This document shows, piece after piece, positions 38,532-49,319 of a stretch of DNA of 64,000 nt; position 1 is the stretch's first letter, and the number at the start of each line of letters is the position of its first letter. The position numbers and the translations under genes were made by a program. Where the stretch lies: NCBI GenBank assembly GCA_951406725.2, contig OX597814.1, forward strand, positions 194,308,001 through 194,372,000. Direction: 5' to 3'. This DNA is from Octopus vulgaris. Taxonomy: Eukaryota. Below the pieces are notes generated by a model. The model made no database searches. It was not told where the DNA came from and was given only the letters and a program-made list of their open reading frames with translations.

Positions 38532-38886
38532 GTTGTCTGCTAGTCTAGGCCGACGAAGGACAATCATCCTGAAACACATGTCCCTAGATGCAGCCCGGGC
38601 GGCCGGAGGTGTTTGTCTCCCCTTCGTAAATGTATACAAGGACACAGGAAAAATGTGTCAAAGCCATCAGGAGGCGTCGATGCTTCCTAGGGCTATACAG
38701 CAGTGGTGTACCCCCCTACTGTCACGTTCATTTTAGATTGACAGTATACAACCATTCTATCGCCCCACCACCGTACATGTCTCTACGAGAGATTTTTAGT
38801 ATTTCTGATTTTGATAATCAGTGAATAGACTTCACTGAAATTTAGATATATACATTACGAGTCGAGACAAATATCACCAGCCGACC
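38532..38886 (+). ncRNA. Retrozyme-like unit S2 (~355 bp) with type I hammerhead (38539-38594), predicted cleavage after GUC at 38582
   Basis: TCTAGG-CCGACGA-AGGA-caatca-TCCT-GAAA-CACATGTC-CCTAGA. GGGCGGCCGGAGGTGTTTGTCTC pairs with GAGACAAATATCACCAGCCGACC; TCGTAAATGTATA pairs with TATACATTACGA. Confidence 0.7.
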
Positions 38887-40589
38887 TATTTTTTTTTTGG
38901 AGTCGTTATTCTGGTGTCGTTTTGAGTGCGTTATTTGTGTGACAAGTTTGCGAGTTCGTTGCTGGAGGACGTGGTGAATTTTATTTGGAGATTTTGAAAA
39001 TGCAAGACCAGACGTATGCGAGAGCAGCAGGCAGAGGCCTGGTTGCAAGTGAACTAGAAATGGAAGAAGTGGTAGTCGAGAAGAAAACTTTGGAAAGATA
39101 TTTCGACAGTTTGAAGACGGAGGGTGACTGCGTGAGAGTCACACCGTCCGAAGAAGAAAAAAACGCGGAGAAACGTATGATAACATACAGGACATGGAGT
39201 GTGGCGTCAAGAAAAATAGAAGTGGCAGAGACGGAGGAAATAGAGAAATGTCTGCAAGGAATTGAGGGTGAACCTACCTTTTTCAACAGAGGAAGAAAAT
39301 ATGCCACAGTGGTTGTACACTTTAAAAATGAAAATGAAGCAAGAAAGAATGCGACAAAAATTCTGAAATCTGAAAGTTGGACATTATTACCTAGTTACTG
39401 CGGAAAGAGGGCAGTCAGAATAAGAATTAGTAGGATTTCGCCCGAACTTAACATGGAGAGGATACTAGCAGCAGTAGTTTTCAACTGCAAGGAAAGTGTG
39501 GAGGTGTTGAAGGTGGAAAAGTCAACAGAAGTTAAGTGGTGGGGATATGCGGTGCAGGTTCTGGCACATATAACCGTGCCAGACCTGTACAACATCCCGG
39601 AGGAGTTGGTCTTCCCTGATGAGACACGACTTAGAGCCGTGGTAGAGGGAAGGCCCCCAGTTTGTTATAATTGCAAAATAAGAGGACACATGAAGGATGT
39701 GTGCCCGCTGGAGAAAACGATAGCACCGGAGGCTGTAACGAAGGAGTGGAAAGATACGTGTGTGGAGGAGGGAGAAGTGCAGGAGAAAGCGATAGCATTG
39801 GAGGCTCGAACGGAGGAGCAGCTAGTTGAGGATGTGGAGGAAGAATGTGCAAGTGCAGAGGATGAAAGAACAGAAGATAGAAAGAGAACAAGGGTGGAAT
39901 CACCACCGAAAGCTCTAAAAAAGAAAAGAATCAAAAGCAAGACAACAGAAGAAAAAGAAGAGCGAACGTGCAAAGAAAAGGACGTAAAAGAGAAGGCGAG
40001 AGAGCAGACAATGACAGAGGTAAACCTAGAATGGAAAACAAAAGTGAGAGAGCAGTTGGATGCTTGTAAAAAGGGAAGAAGACCTGTAGGAAAAAACCTG
40101 AAAGCATTCGTGTTGTATGTCAAAGACACAGAAATGGAAAAAAGACTTGCAGGTAGGAAAGGATTGATCAGGGTTAAGATACACCCAAAACTGCATGGTG
40201 ACGATGTGAAAGGGGTAGTTGTAGAAAAAGAGACATTTACAAAATTGAAAAGTATGTTTGATGATGTTTATGTAGCGCAATATATACGTTATGACAATTT
40301 GCCAAGTGTGATAGACCAGATGGAGTTGATAGAGTATATGACGGACGAACGTCCAATATAAAAGAACTGGAATATATGTAATTATAAAATTGTAAATTGT
40401 AAAATTGTATTTTAAATGAAACTGCGAGTTTTGGGAGGCTCGTAAGCCGTTCCATCCAACCCATTACACAAAATTCATCTTCATTTCATATTTTATTTTT
40501 TACTTTATGTACCCCACGTCCTGTGTTGTAATGTCCCCTCTACATTCGGGCCATCGTGCCCATAATAAAGATATAATCACCAGCTGACC
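38887..40589 (+). mobile_element. ORF1-only retroelement E4 (subfamily A2), including 3' target duplication
   Basis: Duplicate of E2 with full-length ORF; flanked by ATCACCAGCCGACC / ATCACCAGCTGACC. Confidence 0.82.
39000..40361 (+). CDS. Intact non-LTR ORF1 protein (453 aa from ATG) with CCHC knuckle, charged linker and conserved C-terminal domain
   Basis: Open frame; CYNCKIRGHMKDVC; C-terminus YIRYDNLP.VIDQMELIEY.TDERP is shared with E1. Confidence 0.82.
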   Translation: MQDQTYARAAGRGLVASELEMEEVVVEKKTLERYFDSLKTEGDCVRVTPSEEEKNAEKRMITYRTWSVASRKIEVAETEEIEKCLQGIEGEPTFFNRGRKYATVVVHFKNENEARKNATKILKSESWTLLPSYCGKRAVRIRISRISPELNMERILAAVVFNCKESVEVLKVEKSTEVKWWGYAVQVLAHITVPDLYNIPEELVFPDETRLRAVVEGRPPVCYNCKIRGHMKDVCPLEKTIAPEAVTKEWKDTCVEEGEVQEKAIALEARTEEQLVEDVEEECASAEDERTEDRKRTRVESPPKALKKKRIKSKTTEEKEERTCKEKDVKEKAREQTMTEVNLEWKTKVREQLDACKKGRRPVGKNLKAFVLYVKDTEMEKRLAGRKGLIRVKIHPKLHGDDVKGVVVEKETFTKLKSMFDDVYVAQYIRYDNLPSVIDQMELIEYMTDERPI

Positions 40590-42872
40590 ACCTTTCTTTT
40601 AATTTTTCCTCGGAGTATATCAAATAACTTTCTGTTGCTGCAAATCGTTGTGTGAGTTCGATTCCGTTTGTCTCCTTTGTTGTGTGTTAAACGTATAATA
40701 ATTGTTGAACTGTTTTTGACCCAGTAATTTTCACCCTTCGGGGTAGAAAATTTCTGTGTGTTTTTTTTGTGTGAACTCTTAACCTGCATAGGTTATTTTG
40801 AAAAATTCTTTTGTCATTTGTGACAAGTTCTTCGTTGTCTAATATGGAATTAGACTTAAGGTCTAAAAAAGACTTTCCCGAGATAGGAGAAAGTACAACA
40901 ACTGTTGTTAAACAGAAGGAAACACAGGCAAAACCCAGTATTTCAGATGCCGTAGGCAGCGAAGTGGAAGATTCAATGGAAAAACTATTCAAGTTCAGAC
41001 CGCTTAAGCAAAAAAGTGGTGAAGAAACACGATTGGTACCGCCCCCTGAGACTATACAGGCAATACGGGAAAATGGTCACCTATAAGGTGTACAATATAA
41101 AAGAAAAACGAATGACCGACGTAAAATGATCGAAAAGTGTATGGCACCAATATGGAGCAAAGTTTGTCATGTCAACCGAGGTGCAAGAAGCGCAACAGTG
41201 GAGGCGCATTTTGAGACGGCGGAAGAAGCAAGGCAAATTTCGACGCAAACGTTGAAAAACGAGAATATTATACTGCTACCCTTATATTTGGGGTGCAGAA
41301 CAGCAAAAGTGACACTGGAGGACATACCAAGGGGCTACAATGTGATGTGGGTGGCAACAGCGGTCATTTTTGATGTTGAAATCAAAATTGACAATTTTGA
41401 GTATGAAGAGGAAAATAGCAAAACACTGGAGAGGCCAGCAGCTGGAGATGACTATCCAGAGGGGAAAATGTGATGCTGGAAAGCCTACCAGACAGAGTCT
41501 TCGTGGGGGAGGGGCACTCCATACGAGTTTCGGTGGAAGGACACAGGCCCAGATGTTTTAAGTGCGGGCAAAAGGGCCACGTTCGCTCCGTTTGCACAAA
41601 GAAAAATAATACGGGCAACGCCCCACCCCCTCAAAACGCTGTGAAGAACGAGAGAGCAGCAAAGTGGAGAACAAAGTAATGACTGGCGAAAGCAAGGAAG
41701 AAAAAAAAAAACAGGTCGAACTCCAAAAAGGAGGAAGAAAAGAACGGAATGCAAGAATGAGAAAGGAAAGGAGGAGGAAATTAATACAACAAAAACAAAT
41801 ATACAAGAAGAAGGGATGGAATTCACGAACGGGTCGAACAAAAGGAAAAAAATCCATCACCCCTGACTCCCCACCCGTAACAAAAAAAAAACGCAGACGA
41901 ACAAATTAAAAAAATTCTCCAATCCCACCACGCTGGTACTACATTTATAGGCCAACATTTTAACAAACCCCACTCCCCATCTGTAAAAAGGTTTAAACCC
42001 AATGAAAAATGTATAGCATACACCACAAAGAACGAGAGAGTAGTAACATATGTGAAAGCAAATACGCAGATCAAGTGCTACAAAGCGACCGAGAGGGATG
42101 CGGAGTGGCGATATGCAAGGGTCAGCGAAGAAGAATGGAAAAGAAACGTCGCCCAAGAACACATAAAAGCCGGCTTCATTAAGGATGTCACCCAGGAGGT
42201 GACAACTGGGAAATTATACGTCAGCCTGGCAGTCACACCAACCCAGAGCCCGGTGGCAACGCCGGTGAAACGCCCAGCAGCAACGGCAAGAGTGGGGGAG
42301 ACAGGCAGAAGGAATCTGTCAGGCTCCCCCTTGCAACTGTGAGTAAATAATTTTCCTTTTTTTTTTCGATGATTAAGTTAGGTTGTATAAATGTGCGTGG
42401 AATGGGGTCGAAATGGAAACAGGCTTGTTTTCTGGACGACCTCATTTCACATAGAATCGATGTAGCTATTGTCAGCGAGTCCAAGATGAAAGGACCCCAA
42501 GCGTTCTCACCACTTCTCAATGGTTACGAGAAATTTATTTCTCCTAGCCGGGGGGGGGGGGGGGGTGCAGGCGTGGCAGTCCCTTTCAGGAAGAACTTGG
42601 ACTTACAGGTAAGTACTGTCTTTCTGGACCCAGAAGGTAGGCTGGTTGTCCTAGATGTGACTCACGTGAGTAAGCAGTCCTTCAGGTTGGTGGCTGTTTA
42701 CGCTCCTAATGGGCGTGGGCAGACCGGTTTTTATCGGGAACTGGATAGGAAAGGGAATCCTGGCCTCAAGGCTCTACTAGCGAGCTTTAATCTAGTAGAC
42801 CGTTTTCGACTGGATGAGCCGAACGTTCCACAGTGGACGTGGAGTAACAACAACGGCTCACGCAGATCATAC
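40590..42872 (+). mobile_element. L1/Tx1-type element E5 (family B): frameshifted ORF1 and APE endonuclease part of ORF2, 3'-truncated
   Basis: CFKCGQKGHVRSVC knuckle; ORF2 from 42369 reads CINVRG...IVSES...GVAV...DPEGRLVVLD...LVAVYAPN...WTWSN. The GDFN segment is missing (deletion). Confidence 0.82.
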
Positions 42873-44300
42873 ATAGTTGTATGGTATGTTGTACCATATA
42901 TAATTACGTAATTTCCTGTTTCTGCCCCTATTCCCTCTTATATGATCGGTGTTACTCTCGTCGGAAGGGTTTTCATTACCTACTATTCTTATTGGTTCGA
43001 CTTCTTTCTATAAGTTGCTTAGTCCTGTTAGAAATTAAATTAGAATTTGCATTAGCTTGAACTGTGTTATTACCTTTATTTAGTCAAATTTGTTTAGATC
43101 TTAAATGAGTAGCTCTGGAATTTGGAGTTCGTTTATAAGGGGGAGTTTTACAGTTGACGGGTGTTCCTGGTGGTTCTACATAGGATATTCTCTGGGTATA
43201 CCCAGCACTAGAGAGGGCCTGGTTGTAGTGATGTGCGTAATCATTGAATATATTCTTGTTGGAGGATAGCTTAGTAAGTCTGTCTGAGATGGCTTGGACC
43301 GTGGTGTTAATTATACAGGGTGGGTGGTTGGAAGAGGTGCTAATGAATCTAGTTGTTTCTTCGGGTTTCCTATATGGGTAGTGAAGGTGCTTGTCTAACG
43401 TAACATCTAAGAAGTTTACTATTTTCATATTAGTCATGAATTCTAGTTTTAGATTGAAAGATTTGAAGAATAGTCTGATCTTTTTTCTAATTCTTTCTAG
43501 TTTACTCTTATTATTAGTGGGGTACAAGAAGAGAGCGTCATCTCTGTAGAGACCCCCCTGTAGGTCCGGTACCTCCGAGAATAGCCCCGACCAAGTCAGT
43601 CACCTGAGCTGAATCGCTCGAGCCCATAGCCACATCGAAGTTTTCGGGGGTATCGGATCTGGTCCAAAGTTTACCGTCAAATTCTATTATAGTTTTTCTG
43701 GCTAAGAGTATAATGTCAATCTTTTCCCTGTCTATAAGCGAAAGGTTGCGGGCATATATAAGGGATTTGTTAAGTAAGATGGGGGATATACTGGCGTAGT
43801 AGTTAGCTATGTCAAACTGAATAAACGAGTAATTGGATCTCTTATTGATTGTGTTAAACCACTCCAGCACATCGTCGGTGTTAACCCATAAGTGGAGTGG
43901 GATGTGGGGTTTGATGCGTGGGATCACCTTGTCTAGAATATTTTTACTGAGCATGCCTATATCCGATTTAGTCGGACAAATTAACCTTACTCCTACGTTT
44001 TCCGGGAAATTTTTCTTGTAGTCCTTGATGCTGATTTTAGGTTCCTGAGGTTTAATTGGTTCCGTCCTATCTAGAAGGTCCAATTTTGTCATTACTTCCG
44101 GGTTGTCAAAATGGTAGGCCGCCCACCTAATTCTTCTAATAAAGTCCGTAGTCTGGTGGATGAGGGTCGTCATGTATGCTTTATCGGTGTGAAGAGGTAT
44201 GTCCTTGGGAGAGAAATTGGTGTTAATCCTTTGTATCGTCATTTTTGAGTTTTTCAAGTACTAAAGGTTGTCGAGGTTATATAGGATCCAATCCAGGTGA
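42872..44300 (-). mobile_element. Penelope-like element (Naiad-like RT), deleted and frameshifted
   Basis: FIRRIRWAAYHF, RLICPTKSDIG, FIQFDIANYYASI, FDVAMGSSDSAQVTDLVG, LYRDD, VNFLDVTLD, SNHPP, RNYIWYNIPY. Confidence 0.8.
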
Positions 44301-44306
44301 CAATAT

Positions 44307-47300
44307 AAAGCTTTATGAAAATAAACAAAAGACGGAGGCAGGTGGAGTACAAACAACAATTGTATTAGTATGGCGCTCAGGAATATAAATAAAACAAGTC
44401 TTTTACGTTTCGAGCCTACGCTCTTCAACAGAAAGATACACAGAAAAGAAACACGGAGAGAAACAAGGAGAGAAAAAAAATGCGTGCAGAAGCTAGCGAA
44501 TCAACATGGCGAACTGATTCTGGCCAGAAGTCAGAGATCAAACGTGAGACGCAAGAGTGAAAATAGGGGAGATAACAGGGTCAAATGACTTCGCCCCAAC
44601 ATAAGGGTGCGTGTGTGTATGAGGGAGTATGTGGTGCGTATGAAAGGTCTGGACGTGTGTATGTATGTATGTATGTATGTATGTATGATGTGATGTGTAA
44701 TGTCGTATGGTGTAGTGTAGAGAGGGGAGATGAGGGGGAGAGTGAGAGAGAGTGGAGGAGAGGGGGGTGATATGAGGGGGAGAGGGGAGGAGGGAAGAGG
44801 GGAGAAGGAAAGAGAGAGAAGAGGAAAGGTGAGAGTGAGGAGGGTGATATGAGGGGGGAGGAAAGAAAGAGGGGTGAGGGTGAGATGAGAGGGGGAAAAG
44901 GAAAAAGAGGAGGGAGGAGGAGGGGATGGGGAGAGGGAAGGAGAGGAGAAGAGGAGGGGGATGGGAAAGGAGGGGAGAGGAGGAGGGGGTGAGAGAGAAG
45001 GGGAGTGAGGGAGCAGAGAGAAGGAGAAGAGGGAAGAAGAGGAAAGAGGAGGGAAAGAGAGCAAGGGTGATAAGATGAAGGACCGAAGAGAAGGAGTCGG
45101 GGGGGGGAGGTTAGATGAGGAGCAGGGAAGAGTTGAGATCAAATGGCGTAAAAGAGCGAAGAGAGAAGATTAATCCCTGTTCACGGCACAAACGGGAATC
45201 CAGATGGCCTCTGTGCAAGGACAAACCGAACACAGACAGGTGTTGCAAGGAGTGACCGGTGGAGCGGAAATGGCGTGAGACCGGTGTGTCGTTGGCAAGG
45301 CAGATGTCACGGAAGTGTTCCACGAACCGGTCAGCCAAGCGGCGTCCCGTTTGTCCGATATACAGAGAATGGCAGAGAGAGCAAGAGATGCAATAGATGA
45401 TATTACTGGAGGTGCGGGTGAAGGAGTTGATGATGCGATAGGGTCAATGATGGGTGCCAGTGAGGAGGGCGGTGTTGGAGAGGTAGGGGCAAGTGTGGCA
45501 ATGTGCGCGGGAGCAGGGGAACGAGCCAGGTTGGGAGGTAGGGTCAGGAAAGGAGCTGTGGACCAAAAGGTCTCGTAGGTTATGGGCTCGTTTGAAGGAG
45601 GGGAGGGGTGGTTAGGGAAGAGGTGTGAAGTGGACAGGTCAGACTGGAGATGCCGGAAAGCTCGAAGAATGGTGCGTTGGAGAGGTAGGGTCGTGGGGTG
45701 GTGAGGGGAAAAGGGAGGCGGGAGACTACCGGGCGGGTTCGGGGGGAGAGAGCAGATTTACGGTCTACGGAACATGCTCTGGCAAGGGCGGTGTGGATAG
45801 TGGTGAGGGGGTATCCACGTAGGATGAAGTGGCGAGCCATGCGTTGAGACTGAGTCTCAAAGTCATGGTCATCACTACAGAGCCTACGTAGACGGAGGAA
45901 TTGGGAATAGGGGATGGAAAGCTTGGTGTGTTTTGGGTGGGAGGAAGAGAAGTTTAGGTATGAGTGTGCGTGTGTGTTTGTAGTGAATGGAGGTGGTAAG
46001 AGTGGAGTGATGAATGCTGACCGAAATGTCGAGGAAGGAGACAGAGGTGTTGGAGATAGTGGAGGGCAGGATGGAAGGATTGAACGAAAGAGAGGAAGGA
46101 ATCTAGATATTCACGGGAGAGTGAGGTGGCACCGATAATGTCATCAATGTAACGACCGTATAGTTCGGGAGTGGGACCAGTGAAATTAGAGAATATTTGG
46201 GCCTCAACATAGCCAACGAACAGGTTCGCATAGTTGGGGCCCATTCGCGTTCCCATGGCCACTCCCGAGACCTATTGGTAGAACTCGCCCGCAAACGAGA
46301 AGCAGTTAAGAGAAAGGACAAGTTCGGCCAGACGAATGAGTGTGGAGGTGTCGGGTTCGGGGTTGGGGTGGAGGTCAAGAAAGTGTTGAAGTGCATGCAG
46401 TCCTTCGTGGTGAGGGATGACGGTATAGAGAATCTGGATGTCCATTGTAAAAGTATTTTGGAGGAGCCGGGAGGAAAGGAGAAAGAGTTGAACAGCCGGA
46501 GAGCATGGTTGGTGTCATGGATGTTGGAGGGAAGAGACGCCACTAGAGGGGCAAGGACACGGTCGAGGTATTTTGAGATGAGCTCCGTGGGGCAGTTGCA
46601 GGCGGAGACAATGGGGTGGCCAGGGTTGTTGGGTTTGTGGATTTTGGGGAGGAAGTAAATGGTGGGGGTGCATGGGGTTCGCACAATTAGGTTGGATGCG
46701 GTGTGGGGGAGACGGGAGGACGAGATGAGGTCGTGGACAGTAGAGGATACCGTCTGTTGGTAGCTACGTGTGGGGTTAGAGGACAGAGGGGAGTAGAAGG
46801 AGGTGTCATTGAGTTGGCGGAGAGCCTCGGCCCTGTAGAGGTCCGCATGCCACACCACCACAGCTCCACCCTTGTCAGCCGGTTTGATGATAATGTCAGT
46901 GCGCCGTTGGAGGGAACGAAGAGCCGAGAGCTCGGTCGGAGAGATGTTGAGGCGGCGGTGGCGCCTGGAGAAGTTGAACCGCTCCAACGCACGCTGACAG
47001 GCGCCCGCGAAATGATCAACCACTAGGAACTGGCCGGGGGCCGGCGTCCACGGGGATGGTCGGCGGCCCAGGTCAGTGAAGCAGTCCTCCTCGTTGGATG
47101 CGGGTGGTCGGTCGCGGAAAAACACACCCAACCAGACGTGGCGCACAAAGCTGTGGACATCAACTCGCGTCTGGAATTCCTTACAGGATGGAGTGAGGAG
47201 GATGAAACGCAGACCCCTACCAAGGACGGAGCGTTCCGCTGCAGAGAGGGGAAGATTAGGGGGAATGGTAACAACAGACGGAAGTGGAGAAGGGGTGGGT

Positions 47301-49150
47301 GGAATAGAAGTACGAGGGGTGGATGGAATAGAAGTACGAGGGGTGGATGGAATGGGAGGAGTAGGAGGGGTGGTAGGGCTGGTGGAGGTCTGAGGGGTGG
47401 TAGGGCTGGTGGAGGTCTGAGGGGGAGGGATTGGGGAGGTGTTGGGAGGGACAGTGGGGTTAAGTGTGGGCGGGTGGAGCCTATCAGGAGGGGAGAAGGG
47501 TAGTGGAGGAGTTGGGGTGGTGGCATCGTGTGTGGTGGAATAGAGGAGTGATTGGAGTTTAAGAAGTTTGGTATTGGAAAGAAATTGATGGAAGAGGTGA
47601 TTCAAATGGATAATGAAGCATAGCGTGTTTGGAGCATGGAAAGGCGGCAGAGAGGAGAAAAATGTGGAAAAAGCAGGAGGGAGGAGGCAGTCGATGGTAT
47701 GTAGTTTAGAGAGATTGGAGCGAATAGTGGCCCGCATAAGGCGGCAAGATGTGGTGCGGAGTATGGGTAAGATGGAAGAAGCCGAGTGGAGAGCAGGGTG
47801 GAAATGGAGGCAGAAACCTTTAGGGATGAGTCGGTGATGTAGGCAGCGGCTTAGAAAAGAGACGTGGCTAGAGAAGCGGGTTTTTTTAAAAAGAAGCAGA
47901 GAGAGATTAATGGACGGCTGAAAGCAGTTTGGAGGGAGTAGGCGGAGGTAATCTTTCAAACGGTGGTGGATAGTGAGGAGGTAAAATTTGTAATCCGGCA
48001 TGGTGGAATAGTGAAAAAAAAGGAGAAAAAAAAGAGAAAGAAAAGGGGGAAAAAAAACAAACGTTCGAAAAAAACAAAAAACAAACGTTCGAAAAAAAAC
48101 TAGATAAAAAAGGCAGTAGGGGCAGAAAATAAAGGCGGAGAAGATGGGACAAATGGAAAAAGGAAAGAAAGGAAGCAGAGAGAGGGGGAGGCAAAAAAAG
48201 GGGGTGCAGGGAGAGGAAACAGAGTATGGACATCCAGAGAAGAAGGAAACGACAGGAGGAGGACAAAAAATGCAGGAAATTGTGGAAAGTATGAAATGAA
48301 TGTAAAAAAAGATAATATAAGAGAAAATAAAATAAAACGAACGGGACAGTTTATACGAACAAGTTGAGAGTTCAAGGTAAAAAATGTTTAGACGTCGTGG
48401 TATATTTTTTAAGGATTTCACATCAATAACCAAGTCACTTTGATCCGTGAAGGAGAGGTGCGGCCGGTGGTAAGTATCCAAGAGGTGAAGAAAATCCAAT
48501 GCAGAGGTACTAGTTGATAGTGGTGTTGGTAGAATATAGGATGAAAGTGAGACCACGTGAGCGCGTAATATATAACGGGAAGCTTTATGAAAATAAACAA
48601 AAGACGGAGGCAGGTGGAGTACAAACAAACAATTGTATTAGTATGGCGCTCAGAAATATAAATAAAACAAGTCTTTTACATTTCGAGCCTATGCTCTTCA
48701 ACAGAAAGATACACAGAAAAGAAACACGGAGAGAAACAAGGAGAGAAAAAAAATGCGTGCAGAAGCTAAGGATTCAACATGGCGAACTGATTCTGGCCAG
48801 AAGTCAGAGATCAAACGTGAGACGCAAGAGCGAAAATAGGAGAGATAACAGGGTCAAATGACTTCGCCCCAACATAAGGGTGCGTGTGTGTATGAGGGAG
48901 TATGTGGTGCGTATGAAAGGTCTGGACGTGTGTATGTACGATGTGATGTGTAATGTCGTATGGTGTAGTGTAGAGAGGGGAAATGAGGGGGAGAGTGAGA
49001 GAGTGGAGGGGAGATGAGGGGGAGAAGGAAAGAGGAGGGAGGAGAGGAAAGGTGAGTGAGGAGGGTGAGATGAGGGTGAGGGGGAGATGAGAGGGGGGAA
49101 GGGGGAGAAGGAAAGAGAAGAGGGAGGAGGAGGGGGATGGGAAAGGAGGG
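44307..49150 (-). mobile_element. Penelope-like element with direct terminal repeats (pLTRs ~44307-44760 and ~48579-49010), RT + GIY-YIG, frameshifted
   Basis: ORF from ATG ~48001: IKPADKGGAVVV, YFLPKIHKPNNPG.PIVS, AMGTRMGPNYANLFVG, RYIDD; GIY-YIG region IYCISC...YIGQTGRRLADRFVEH at ~45150-45440; ~450 bp repeats at both ends. Confidence 0.9.
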
Positions 49151-49319
49151 GATAATAACAATACCAATAATATAGGTAGTATAGATAAAAGTATGGTAGG
49201 TGATGATGGATTAATAAATAGTAACCCTAATTTGCATAACGACGTGATTACTAATAATGAAAGTAATATTAATACTGACAATAATTTAAATAACAGTAAT
49301 GTAAGTGAACTGTCCTTAA

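Noticed and set aside
32897-40361. Tandem host gene family of zinc-knuckle proteins
   Set aside because: Intronless, flanked by target duplications and stacked with a related ORF1 + APE element; retroelement origin is more parsimonious, though domestication is not excluded.
46103-48628. 841-aa ORF as a single protein
   Set aside because: The first ~210 codons are low-complexity UTR; the Penelope protein likely starts near 48001 and shifts frame near 46440.
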